DNA of 63,475 nt from Catajapyx aquilonaris. Its lineage: Eukaryota. This document shows, piece by piece, positions 40,970 through 53,346 of the stretch. The notes under the pieces were generated by a model. It saw only the letters and a list, made by a program, of their open reading frames with translations, was not told where the DNA came from and made no database searches. A program made the translations under genes and the position numbers. Within the stretch, counting starts at the first letter, position 1. Every line of letters begins with the position of its first letter. The stretch is taken from NCBI GenBank assembly GCA_000934665.2, contig KZ538113.1, forward strand, positions 62,001 to 125,475, written 5' to 3'.

Positions 40970-41870
40970 GGCTCCAGGAAAGAAAGTAAGGCTGGAAAAA
41001 AAAAAAGTGTGTGGTTGGGGGATTCACAAAGAGATGTATGTCGTTACCGACAGTTTGTAATACTCGCAAAATTTGGCGTAACTTGTGCAGGATTTGCGCG
41101 TAACTTACACTGGAAAAGGAGGAATAATATATGCATAGGATTTACAAAAGAGGTGTATGTATACAGTATAGTTACAACCAGTTTTTTTTGTGATGCTCGC
41201 AAAAATATCGTAACTTGTGCTGGATTTGTGCGCACCTTAAATACTAGAAATGGAGGAAATCACAAAAGAGGTGTATGTACAGTTGTAGTTACGACCGTTT
41301 TGTGCTGCTAGCAAAATGTCGTAAGTTAACTGGATCTGCAATTGGCGTATCTTGTAACTTATATACACGAAAAATGTGCAAGGAAGGAAGTGAACTAGAA
41401 AAGTGTGTTGGGATTTACAAAGAGGTGTATGTAGTTACGACGGTATTTGCCAAAAAGGCGTAAGTTGTGCTGGATTCGCAAAAAAAAAAAAAAGCGTAAC
41501 TTGCGCAGGGTTCGTGTGTAACTTATATTGGAAAAGGGCTCCAGGAAATAAGCTGGAAAAGTGTGGTGGGGATTCACAAAGGTGTATGTAGTTGCAACCT
41601 GTTTTTTTTTTGCGATGGGATTTTGCTAACAAGGCGTAAGTTGATGGATTTGGAAAAATAAGAGGTGTTAACTTGTAAGCTTATTGGATTTGTAAAAGAG
41701 GCTTAAGTTGTACTGCATTCGCGTGTAACTTGTACTAGAAAAGGCTCCAGGAAATAAGTAAGCTGTGTTGGGATTCACAAAGAGATGTATGTAGTTACGA
41801 CCTAATTTTGTGCTGCTCGTAAAAATGTCGTAAGTTGATCTGGATATCTGCAATTGGCATAACTTGTACC
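40970..41870. repeat. Degenerate tandem repeat array (6 or more units, about 120-200 bp)
   Basis: Recurrent GATT(C/T)ACAAA(A)GAG(A/G)TGTATGTAGTTACGAC near 41021, 41139, 41258, 41412, 41571, 41772, interleaved with CGTAACTTGTGC(A/T)GGATT and GGCTCCAGGAAA. Confidence 0.85.
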
Positions 41871-42921
41871 CTCAAATTTGACTCAATATGTGTACCCATT
41901 TAAATGCTGGGTTTATTTTTACAATGTTGTTAATTTTGCCTAAATTGCGCCGAAAAGGGGGCCTACTTTTATGGTGAGGGGAAAGGCGCATTGTTGTGGG
42001 TTTTGAGGAGAAAGCGACGCGGTACCCACAGGAAGGGGACGACCCAATTTGTGAGTGTCAGTCAGGGTACAGGTTTAGCTACTGATTAACTGTTGTATGT
42101 AAAATAATTCTGATAAGTACTAGGGAAATATGCAAATGGAGTTTATTTTAGAAATGCCATGCAAATATTGAAAGCTAATCTTAGGCTTTAAAAAGTCAGT
42201 TATGTTACAATTTCAATGGCAATTTTTTATGTTATTGTTCCGGCAGATTGCAATGTTTGGTTTATTGCCTATTGTTCCTTCAGAGGTGTATATTATGTAC
42301 CCAGGGTGTTTCTTTGTTATGGTTCCAGTAATTATTCAAATCTAAATATTTTACTGCGATAGGAACAACCAGATTTAAGTGTGGATCATTTTAGGGTTGT
42401 TGTATCGACAGTGAATGAAGAATATATTTCTCTTTACTATCAATCATTCTTGTTCATGACTTATACTTAGGCTTAAGACAGGTTGCACCAAATGGTAAAA
42501 TGTTGACCTCACTAGTTTTTTCATTGTTCAGAGCATTTAACCTGTATGAAAGATTTATTGTGGTATTGTACAATCCATTGCTGGTTGCACCTCAACCTGT
42601 AAAAACTGCTCTTCATTTTTTCCCCCATTTGGGAATGACTAGCGAACATTGCAAAAATGTTAAAATAAAAATAATTTACCTGACCTACAGATTGGGCAAT
42701 TTTTCATGGTCAAGAAAATTTTAAAACAGGACTCACTGATTTATAGAAATCCATTTTACATGCAGTTTAAACAATTTAAATTTTTTTTTTTCTAGGTGGA
42801 ACACAATTACTGAACAATGACACCAATATGCAACAAAAATGTGTTTCCTTCAGTTTATGGTGAATTCAGTTTTTTGCATTGTTGTGCTTTCCCTTCTAGG
42901 ACAAGGATGGCGAGATGAACA

Positions 42922-44130
42922 ATGAGTGATAGAGGCAACCCAGGCCCGGAGCCTCTGGACCCCCAGTACGCGACTGGGGGTTACCCGCCCCTGGGTGCGA
43001 CGAAAGACGACTTCCCCAACAACGCTGCTCCAACAACCACCACTGGGAAGGAGGAATTGGACTCAAACAATGGGCCCAACAATGCCACCAATGGCTCCAA
43101 GAGTGGGCTTCCTCCATTCAGCTCCTTTACGGATGAGGGTCTGGGTTCAAGACTGGTTGGAGATGGCTTCGGTGAGGCTCTCTCCGCTCGACTGTTGGAG
43201 CTCCAGCCATGGGAACTGTACGGTGAGGGCCTTACTGCTCGATTGTTGGACCGCGCCCCCAACAATGAGGAGGTACCTCCGGCGCAGTACCGTCCGTGGG
43301 AGAGCAAGACCGAGGCTACCTCTTCGTCATCCTCAACGTCCTCTACATCCTCTCTAATGAAGAACAATATACCTGCATTTTCGGACACGTTTGGAGGCCA
43401 GAAGCTGCCGTCTTTTCAGTCCCAGTTTTTTAATGAAGGGAATGGCGAAGTCATGCATCCGCCTCCACAGCTCCCGAGCTTCCACACACTAGGGGCAGCC
43501 CAAGTGCCACCCCCAGGCCACCCTCGCTACCCACTGGTACCAGCACCGATCCAAGCTCGTGAGGTCCCAGCCATCCAGCAGCAATTTCTGGATGAGCGCC
43601 ACATCCAACTCTTCCAGCCATTTCCAACAATGGCAGCGGCGGCGGCGGCTCTCGCCAACAATACTCAGTTTAACTCGCATCCACACCACTTGGGACCGCC
43701 TCCGCCTCTCCCTCCGCCTCATGCTATGCAACAGAATACTCAGGCCAAAAGTGCCGAAGAACCCCCAAAGCCCGACAACGGGACCAAGCCTCCGGAGGCT
43801 CCTGCGGTGACTCCGAGCAAACCTGAATCGCGTAAGAAGGAGAAGCGGAAAGCGCGTATGATGGACAATCATGGGCACGACGAAAACAACCAGGTGTCCA
43901 GTTCCGCCCCTGCCGACCCAGGTGGGGGAGGTGGTGGCCCAGACGGGTTCAAAGCACCAATGGTGCCCACAGACGATGGCGAGAAGCCAGTAAAGAAGAA
44001 ACGCAAGCGCTGTGGTGAGTGCGTGGGTTGCCAGCGCAAGGACAATTGTGGTGATTGTGCACCGTGCCGCAACGAAAAGAGCCACCAAATATGCAAGCTC
44101 CGAAGATGTGAGAAGCTCACTGAGAAGAAG
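42922..44130 (+). CDS. Tet: First coding exon of Tet (TET-family 5mC/6mA dioxygenase, DMAD-like): low-complexity N-terminus plus CXXC zinc finger; catalytic domain not in window
   Basis: Only long ORF in the window (416 aa). It ends in [46 protein letters not shown], which I recall as near-identical to the insect Tet CXXC domain. Pyrimidine tract plus AG acceptor (gctttcccttctag|g, exon starts 42900); in-frame TGA at 42916-42918 just upstream of ATG 42922; phase-0 donor AAG|GTAGGA at 44130/44131 directly after TEKK (403 codons). Confidence 0.9.
44011..44109 (+). other. CXXC zinc finger coding segment (short-linker, HQ-containing TET3/CXXC4/CXXC5 subtype)
   Basis: CxxCxxC-x5-CxxCxxC-x8-C-x4-C with 8 Cys, an HQ dipeptide, no KFGG motif, and a basic KKKRKR stretch immediately upstream. 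Confidence 0.95.
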
Positions 44131-45518
44131 GTAGGAGGGAAGAAGAAGCTGGTAGTCCATCCATTTTTTTAGCCTGCCTATTTTTCCTAATTATAAGACG
44201 CCGCATGTCCAAAGTGTCACCGCATGTGCTTGCTATGCATGTACCCAATTTGTAACAATTTAATGCACGAAAAGACAAAAACTGTATAAAGTGGATTAAA
44301 GTTTGATAGTTAACGCTCATTGTCACTTTGAAATGTAATCAAATGTAAAAATGCTGGAAATACAGCGCGGCAACAGCTTAAGCTGCTGATCCTCAACCGC
44401 CTTTATCACGCCAACATGGAATCATGCAGTGTAACCTCTCTACTAACAGTACAGTGAAATCAAATCCAATGCAAACTTTACTGAATAATATGATGCATAT
44501 GGATAGAGTGGAAACTTGTACATTATGGAAATTTTTGGTATAGCCAGTGCAGGAAATTATTGCCAACTGCGGTCAGGTTTTACTGCTTATTTGCTTGCAT
44601 GTAACAGGAAATTTCAGTGCAGCGACTCTGTTACAGACAGTTCGCATCTGTTGCAACCGTTTTGAGCACCTTTTTACTTTTTTAAAAATTCTCCTGATTC
44701 CACTTCCTGCCCTGGATTTCTTCAGTCAAGAGGTTAATCTGTGACAAATTTTTGAGGAGGGCGTCCACCACCCCTTGTGTTTGGGATATGGGGGGGAGAG
44801 CTTTTCTCTTGCATCCTCCACAGAGGAGAGAGGCACGAGGTAGGGAGAGAGAGAGAGAGAGAAAACGAGGGGTGTAGGATGAGCATAAGGGAACAGAGAG
44901 GAGGTAGGGGTAGAGTGGAAGCCACGCAAGAGTTCAAGTGCAAGCCCCCCCTCCCTTTTGGTCCTACCCTCCCCATTTTGATCGATCAGAGGGCTTGGGC
45001 TGTGCGCAATTGAAGCTGGCCGTGACTCATCAGCTGTTGGGAGACTCGTTGGGAAGGCCCCCTCACTGAACATGGGACACACACACCTTACCAATGTTGA
45101 CTCTGGTTGTTGAAAAATTTCTCAGATTTTGGATTGGAGATTGTGATGGAAAAATAACTCTGTGACGTCGTCACAAATTGGCGTCTGTTTTATTGAGTAG
45201 TGCAGAAAATAGATTTGCCAGTTGACAGGTTTTTTATTTGGCCAAAATCTGTTACCACTGATATATAGTTTAACTCGTTCCTATTTATGATGCGCATTAA
45301 ACGCACAGTTACATGTAGAGTATTACTGCACTGCTCTTGGATAGTGCAGAATAATATTGCTATGCACATTTGCGAACGTCAAAATCCATAAGTCATTGCA
45401 TCGTTGTATGATTGCAGTTGTTGGCATTGCGTGGTCAGAAACTGAATTTCGACTGATTTATTGAGCGTATGTTCAGTACTTCGTACAGTCCAGGCTGTTG
45501 GGTACATGAAATTATGTA

Positions 45519-45771
45519 CAGGGTGACCCAAAAGTCGGGACACAGATTAATTGAACCAACCATGCAATACGATTATTTTAATTTTTAATTTTATTTATAT
45601 GTTTATTGTACCCCGTAAGGTTGATACCTTTTTAGGGGGAGAATGCAATACAATTACGTACTATTGCGCTCAAAAAGATTTGCATCTGATGCAGTGCAGT
45701 CTGCACTAGAATCAAATGCAAATTTTGAGCGATATAGTACACGTACATGTCCAGACTTTTGGGTTACCCTG
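45519..45771. mobile_element. Tc1/mariner-like MITE (253 bp)
   Basis: TA-CAGGGTGACCCAAAAGTCGGGACAC ... TGTCCAGACTTTTGGGTTACCCTG-TA. Confidence 0.8.
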
Positions 45772-47643
45772 TATTATTTCCTGTCGTCACATTGTTGCTT
45801 CTCTGCATCATACACATTTTTGTCCCAAATTATCAACATCACCTGTCTATAAATAGTGCTCAGCAGTAGGTAAAGGTGCTCAGGCAGTGGAAAATTCTTT
45901 CCACCTTTGCCTGCAAGAAAAAGCGCAATTAGTGTCACCATAACTGAAATACTGTTCAGTGGGGGTGCGAAATACAAGCACGTGTTTTCATGGCGCGTAT
46001 ATTAAAGCTCTAGCTTTTGAGATACGAGATGAGTTTAGGCGTCTGCTGTCAAGCGAACGTGCGTCGACTGGAAAGCATTAAAACAACCCGAGAGAGAAAG
46101 GCCAGCCAACCCCTGAGAAAAAGGTTGGCACAAGAGGAGGGGGAGAGAGAGGTACAAACATGGCTGGAAAAAGGAGCTCTACCTTTCCCCCCTCCTCACC
46201 TATAATTTATTCAAGCAAATGATAAATTCTGAATGCAGCTTCTGGTACGCAGCATCCGGTGCATCGTGGCCGTGGCCGTGAATTTGGGACCAGTTTTAGG
46301 CACATGGAGAGAGAGAGAGAGAAAAAAAGAGAGAGAGAGGCCCAAGAGACGCGTTTCTCTCGCCCTTTTCCGAACCGCCCTGGAATCGATTTCACATAAA
46401 ATGCACCGTTTATGGCCAGGAACCAAAAGTGCCATGGTGTATAGGTTGTGATGGCGGGGGAAGGTTTGCATGGCGCACACTCCGTATACACCAGGCCTCT
46501 AACATGAAGTCTGAGGAAGAAAAGAAAAAAAATGGATGTTGCCACGTGGTCCATACTTGCAAGCCCCCCCCAAAATGCTGGTTTTCGTTTTCATCGGACG
46601 GTCCTTTATGCAGTCGGCAGCGCGGGGGAGGCTTGGAGCTTTTATTGCCTTGTAACACCGTTTCCAGCAATGGGGAGGGACCCAAACGCCATTATGTGGG
46701 CTGGAGGGATATTAGGAGAGACCCGGACTTAAACGCTAGCTCTCGTTTTCATGAGCAATATTGCGCAGATATTTTTTTCGGGGGGTGGGGGGGGGGGGGG
46801 NGGGGAGGGAAAGCCTAGCAGATATTCCAGTGTAAATTAACGGGGATTTAGGAACATTCACACAGACTTGCTTTTTTGCATACGAGCGTTAAAGATGTGT
46901 TCACAAGGTCGCGAATTCTAGCTACTGTAGCTTGTGAGCATATCTCAAAGACTATAGAAGTGGATCGGATAGAATCGAGCGGATTTCACATACTTTTTTG
47001 TCTTCTTCAGTAGAAGTTTTAAAGCGAGATGTTGCAGCGTTTCCAGAAAGGACTGGTCGAGCCAGGATTGGTTGAGAGAAATTGCAAGAGATCAAATAAA
47101 TAAATAAATAAATACATAATGTGGGAAAATACACGGGCGTTTCTAGCCAAGTTGGAAAAAAACAAAATTCACTTCGACAGGCAAAAAATGCGGTCGAGAA
47201 AAACTGGCTTGTGTGTAGAGCTATTCGATCAATATATTCTGAATATCAAATGATCGGAATACTTCAAAAATTTCGAAACCGATATATCGAGTTTGTCTCG
47301 ATTCGATATTTTATAACTGGTTGAATGACTTCACAAAACTTTAGTTGCGATGTAATGTTTTCAATACTGGAGTGCAACTCTGTGTTTATGAAATTATTAT
47401 TTGCTGCATAGGTTGTCACGATGCTATTATTTATTTATTTATTTTAGGGCCTTTAGTTGAGGGCCTCGATATCCGAATCGGCATAATTTGTCTAATGAAT
47501 CCACATTTTTTCTTATCTTTATGAAGGGAAACATGCTTGATATTTCTCGTAACAAATCACTGTCTGACTTTACTTAGCATTTTAGTTATAGCACATTTAG
47601 AACTAATTACTCAATATATTTGAAAAGAAATTAATCTCTAGGA

Positions 47644-47816
47644 CAGGGGTCGAATCTTTATTCATTTATTTTTGTCCATGTGGAAAGTTTGCACTCCAGA
47701 CATTCATCTGGAGTGGAAATTGCATACTCAGAGTGCTTAATTTTTAATTGCTGGGTGTAGCCATGTTTAAATTTCATTTATTTATTTATTTTCATTTCAT
47801 TTATTTGACCTCCCTG
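47644..47816. mobile_element. Degenerate MITE, CAGGGGTCGAAT-TIR family (copy 1)
   Basis: CAGGGGTCGAAT ... ATTTGACCTCCCTG; internal TTTGCACTCC shared with 48920-49104. Confidence 0.5.
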
Positions 47817-47914
47817 TCTCATTTCACAGTGGAGGGTTATATAGCCATGTTTAAAGTGCAAATAATAATTTTGTAGTGCCAATTCTACCGTTGCATCCGA
47901 ATATTTCGACCCTT

Positions 47915-48021
47915 TCTATTATATGGTAAAAGAAACAGTTTGTTCGTTTGTTTGTCCAGGTTTGGTTACCATGACAAGGGGGTTTCGTCTCTGCGCAATT
48001 TTATTATTTGACCGCTGCTAG
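47915..48021 (+). mobile_element. Solo short Helitron copy (same family) in the Tet intron
   Basis: TC start; GTTTGTTCGTTTGTTTGTCCAGGTTTGGTTACC and CAATTTTATTATTTG are shared with the array units; ends CTGCTAG|T. Confidence 0.75.
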
Positions 48022-48919
48022 TAAATTAATATTTAATATTAAAAGGAGCAGCCCTGGACATTGGGAGGGTCACATGTCCCCCCCCCCCCTCCCAAAAAAA
48101 AGAGCCAATGAGAAGCACGACATGCCTGGCAGTGGTGCCAATATTTCATTAGTACCCATCCAAGTTGGCAAGGGGGGGTTTCCCACACCACGCATGACTT
48201 TCTCCGGTTTCAGGACGCATAATTGGTAATTCCAGTGCGGGCTGCTTCACTTTTAGAGCCCAGTCACACAGTTGGGGCGTGTGACTCATTCCGGGCCGCC
48301 TGGTATATAGGTGGTTGTGCGGCGGTAGAGCGGTGGCGGTGCAGATGAAAGAGAGAGTGGGGGGGTAGGAGGACCAAGGCACAGAAATCGATCAGCAGCA
48401 CCCAATCGGATTTTTTAGTCACCGCGCTTCTCGGAATTGCCACCATGATCCTGAGTCTAGGGACAGGACTATTTTTTTTCCCTCCCCCTCTTCCCCACAC
48501 GTCCATATTTATTCTCATGTACACGATATGCGAGCCTTATCATGTCAGGCCATTTATACCGTGTAGCCCTAATAATTATTGCCCTTTATAGTTTTTTTTT
48601 CCTGTGCACCCCCCGCCATCCCCCTATTCCTCCCCTCACACTCCTTCCACACTCCCCAGTTTTCTCATGGGCGATCTGATTGGTGCTTGGCTACGAGGGT
48701 CAATAACTGGTAGTCCCCAGGGGGAGGGCAGGAAACCGGATCTTTTTCCAGTGTTTTGGACACCCACTTATTCTGCCATTAAGTGATCGGGATTGGAGCT
48801 CATAACAGACCCCTGTTATGTACACTAGAAAATTTGGGTGGAAACGCAGCATTGCTGAGCAGACCAGATTCACATGAAAGTCACTGTTAAAGCTGCCCCC
48901 CAAAATTTAGGCATAATTG

Positions 48920-49104
48920 CAGGGGTCTAATTTGCACTCCAAAGTGGGCCACAGTGTAGCAAAATTTGCACTTCAGTTGGTCCTGCTTTTTAACATGTCT
49001 AAACCCAGTAGAAAAATTAAGCACTACAAGTAATTTGCACTTCAGATGAAAGTATGGAGTGCAAAATTTGCACGTGGGTAAAAAATTTAAAATTCGACCC
49101 CCTG
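48920..49104. mobile_element. Degenerate MITE, CAGGGGTCGAAT-TIR family (copy 2)
   Basis: CAGGGGTCTAATTT ... AAATTCGACCCCCTG; internal AATTTGCAC repeated four times. Confidence 0.6.
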
Positions 49105-51615
49105 TACATATGACGAAAATCAATTTGTCAACTTAAAATATGTTTAAAATTGTGTCACTTAAATATCAATTTTCCGTTTCAATGATTAATATTTAGGACG
49201 GTCTAACTTTTAACAGCCATTTTTTTAAAAACTTGTGTTTAAATGGGCGCAGTAGCAAAAATACGGTAAACAAAAATGGCTCTTCGACGAGAGTCTAGAT
49301 AAGTTCGTATAACATTAGGCCGATTTTAAACGGTGTGTATATGTACAATTTTTCTTTAAAATCTACGCCGGGTTTTATCAACACAAATATTACATCCACA
49401 ATCTTAAATCTCGGCTGATAACAGTCGAACCCTCCCCAGATTTTCTGGGGGCGGTCGACATGCAAAGCGTGTGTCGCATACTTCGGGGTGTCCCTTAGCT
49501 TCCTCGACCCAAAGCTCTCTCGGTAGGACATTAGGCCGAATTATTACCACTCGACCCGCTGATCAAACGTCATTATAATGCACAGTTGCCGACATGCCTC
49601 TTTCCTGTCTCGCCAAATTATTACTCGCAGCGGAAACGGCTCCCAGTAACGCAACAATGGTGCTTCCCACAGGTTCTGAAACCGTTTTCTTTCCTCATTT
49701 TTTTTGTTGTTCTGATGGTGAGGATTAGTACCTTCAACATTTTGGACCTTTATGAAGAAGGTCTGGCAACCCTGATGGGGCGCCCAGTTTGCATTGCATT
49801 ACGGTAGGGGGGTTCTGATTCTTTTTCGGCCATGTTTGGGCAAAATGTTGCCAAGTTTTCGATCCTATTTTAGATATGGAGTTCGAGCACGACCTAGGAC
49901 TTTGCAAGAAGTCTGCTTCTAATGTTGATGGGGGGTTCCAGAAATAAACTCACGGTCTCTCCTTTTTTTTAACGAGGGTGGGTTTAGCCGTGAAAATTGG
50001 AGCGTGTGGTGGGTACAATCCGGCAACTGGGCAACCTAACGCCGGATACTCTGCAGTTGGCGGCTGTCATGTGCACAGCTGCGGACAACGTTGCCCAATG
50101 TACTGTACCCAAATCCTCCGGATGCATACACACGAACCCACACAAACAAAAAAAAAGAGAGAGATGTTTTGTCAGCGGGTGCTGGGTTTTATACCTTTGT
50201 TCATACCGAGAGGATGCCCCTAGGTTTGGGATGTCCATAAAACAATTTAAATGCCCGCAAACATTTCGAGACATGATGGGGGTCTCCCTGCCGGAAAATC
50301 AATGGTGGCGGAGGATTTTTATTTGGAGAAAAATGGCAACGTTGGCTTGGGACCCGAAGCGTATCTCGGTGGTTCCAGTTTGCATTATGGGTTCCCCCTG
50401 TAGTGTGTCTCTGCCGAAAAACGGAATTTTTTTATATAGAACTTTCCCAATATAGCTCGAATTTTCATGTAAAATTGCGACGAAATTTTTTTGTAATCAG
50501 ATAGAAAAAAAAAACTGGCTCAGTTGCTATGCAGATGTGTGAGTTGTCTTATTTTTTTCTGGGTATGGTAGGTTGGGGCAGGGTTCTTTTCATGGGTATT
50601 TTTTGAGCACTTTTTTGTTACGACGTTACTAACGTTGATGGGAACACGCGGAAAAAAACAGTTTTTGGTGGGTGGCTGAGGGACTTGTAGGGTGGGGAAT
50701 TTTTTGCTTATAGGTTGGCTTCATATTTCACCGGAATTCCGTTACACCCGGACTGAACTGCAAGTGAAGTTCCCATCCGGAAGAAAAGAGCAGACCCTGA
50801 GAGAGAAAAAAAGTGGGTGGGGAAGAGAAAAAATGGCCAGTTTTTGGGACAGAAAACGTGTCATCCTCGCAAATGTTCCAGACCTTTCCCCCCTTCAAAA
50901 ACCGTCTCTGTATACGAGTCGTGGGATAAATATATCCGCCGGTGTTTATGTTGAGCCGGCCTTTTTTTTGTACTAAGATATATATGCTAGCAGTCTACTG
51001 TGTGTGTGTGTGTTTTTTTTAAATGTGAAGATCAGTGATCAGACCCGGTTGTATTATTTCATACAAACCGGTTATTACTTGTTTGGAGCTGTATCAGAAT
51101 ATTTTGAATTTGAGATAAGCCGATAAGGAGATACGTTATATTTTTTTTCTACCAGTTTTGCAACATTATGTATTCCCTGAGGATTCCCCAAACTGCATGG
51201 AAAACAATAATTGCCTCCAGCAGCCGTTTGATCTGCACTGACGGTGCTTAATTCGATATAGGGGGTACACAATATCGTTGCCAATGTTGCATCATACACA
51301 CAGTCCGTATATATAACGGAATAATATGCAAACCCTTCCCATCGACCCCTCAATGGTCATTTCCGAAATTGTTGAATAAAGCGGCCCCCGCTTTTTGATG
51401 TTGGCTGAACTCGTTCTGTTTGCAATTAACGGCCCAGTTGGATTGAACCAATTAATCTCCCGTGCATTTGATCACGTTGCAATGCGAGTGGATGGATGTA
51501 AACTACGGGCGTCCATTGCACATTTGCGTATGTGGAAAAGCATCAGTGGTTAGATTCACACGCACAAAAGATGCACTGTTTACGATTGTTTTTTTTGACG
51601 TAGATGTGGGCCCAC

Positions 51616-51681
51616 GATTCATTTAATTCTAGACCTAAAAACATTTTGCGAAATGTTTTTAGGTCTAGAATTAAATGAATC
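51616..51681. repeat. Perfect inverted repeat, 31-bp arms with 4-nt loop (probable foldback MITE)
   Basis: GATTCATTTAATTCTAGACCTAAAAACATTT-TGCG-AAATGTTTTTAGGTCTAGAATTAAATGAATC; extends imperfectly to TGGGCCCAC / CGGTCCCA. Confidence 0.9.
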
Positions 51682-53346
51682 CGGTCCCAAATGAGTAAAC
51701 AGGGCTATCCAACTGAACTGTCATAATTTTGGCTTAATTAAGATGCGTTTGCTGGAGACTGTCAGCATAATGTTGCTTTTTAGGCCAAATGGTAACACAG
51801 GGTAACGAAAAATTTAAAAAGCCTAATGGAAAGCCTTACTGGAAACTGCGGGCAGAATAATGTTGCTTTTAATATTGCGCCTAATGGTGACTCATAGCAA
51901 CAATATGAAGGTCTATTGGAAAAATAAATTTTGATTAATTTCTGGGTGTACACTTGTACAGTGTGGCTCTATCGTTTTCAATAGTTCTGAACAGACTGAC
52001 ATGGCGGGTTGTATCAACACAAATTAAGACATTATGCATACATTATGCAGTTGTCTGATATCGTACACAACCAACAAATCTGCTATGGAACTCATAAAAT
52101 TAATAGTGCCAAACTAGTTGAAAATTTAAGCACCATATGGTTCTTGTCACATGCTGACTACCGGATACAGTATCGACGTCCGAGTTGCTGAAATTTTAAT
52201 GTCTCCACTCCCTAAAATAGCAGCCATCTTTTGACTGGCCGGTTAGTTGACTTCTTCTGCCCTCCAGAAATGTCCACTGTTATGTTGTCCTAGGTTATGT
52301 ATGAGCACCGTTAGGGGTGAGTGGCCCCCCCCTCCTTATTTGCCTCACTATCTCCACCCACCCTAGTTTTTTTTCGAGGGGGAGTATGTAGGATACAAGA
52401 GTGGGTCATGGCAAACAGGTGTAATGTGGTTGGAGTCAACCTCCCCAAAAGCAAGGTCAAGGCGCTTCTCAAGACCAGTGGGCGCCATGTGAGTCTCTAC
52501 TCTCTAGCTGTCGGCTTTGGTCCGCTCGATACGGCTTCCATTCATGGCGAGGCCCGGCACAGCGTATAGTGTAATACCCGGAGCTCGTAGCGTAAAGTCT
52601 GCCAAGAGAAATGAGAGTTGCGCCCTGGAGTTTTTGGCATCGTGCCAAACCCGGCCGCCATTGCTGTCTGATACCATTACGCTCGGTACAGTTCCTTCTA
52701 ATTCTCAACACGGGGCCCGATGCTTCACTCCACGTGTTGAACCCAGCAGCTGCAAAATATTGGCAACACCTGCCCCGGGAGGGCTTGGCCAGCTGGGGGG
52801 AGTTTTATGCAGAGCAAATTGCAATTGCATTGTTGGATTGCTAGTAGTGGCTGGCAGGGTGCGATAGACTCCTGATTGGTTGTCAATTACCGGCTTTTCG
52901 CGCCCAAGTACTGGTTGTGTCTATTGTTGCGGAGGTAGAAGAAAGAAAAGGAAAGGAAAAAAAGGGACAACGGAACTGACCTCCAGATGGCGGCTGAGCA
53001 GAGCAGCTGGCCAGGGTTTCGAAATCCGGGACATCTGTACCGTGGTTTACTAGACTATGGCCGGATAATTTCGTTATCATATTGCATACGAACCTCATCA
53101 TCTTACAAAGCTGCCATGATGGACGAATCTGGCCAAAAATGTGGTTATGGAGGGCCATTAAACGGCCTTGAGGAAACAGGACCGGTTCTGGAACCGGCCC
53201 ACTATTTGGTTACTAAGGTCCTTAGCAACCAAATGGTGGATGGTTGCCGTGTTGCCAGACAATATTTAATGGTCATATCGTAACTCAGTGCCACCCGGTG
53301 CCACCAAATAGAAACATGCTCATCAATTTAAATACCTCGGGAAATA

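Noticed and set aside
39147..41870. Repeat arrays as CRISPR-like loci
   Set aside because: Eukaryotic context, degenerate whole-unit repeats without unique spacers, and no cas genes.
43489..44160. 223-aa antisense ORF and other ORFs overlapping the Tet exon
   Set aside because: Shadow frames of a GC-rich coding exon; no recognisable protein features.
42922..44172. Stand-alone CXXC4/CXXC5 gene as the primary call
   Set aside because: A phase-0 donor directly after TEKK and arthropod Tet-like motifs favour a Tet exon; kept only as a possible isoform.
46780..46810. Poly-G run as a functional G-quadruplex
   Set aside because: Contains an N, and such runs coincide with assembly problems in this window, so its length is unreliable.
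52987..53283. 98-aa ORF following a CAG as a possible Tet exon
   Set aside because: No pyrimidine tract, no Tet-like sequence and no clear donor.
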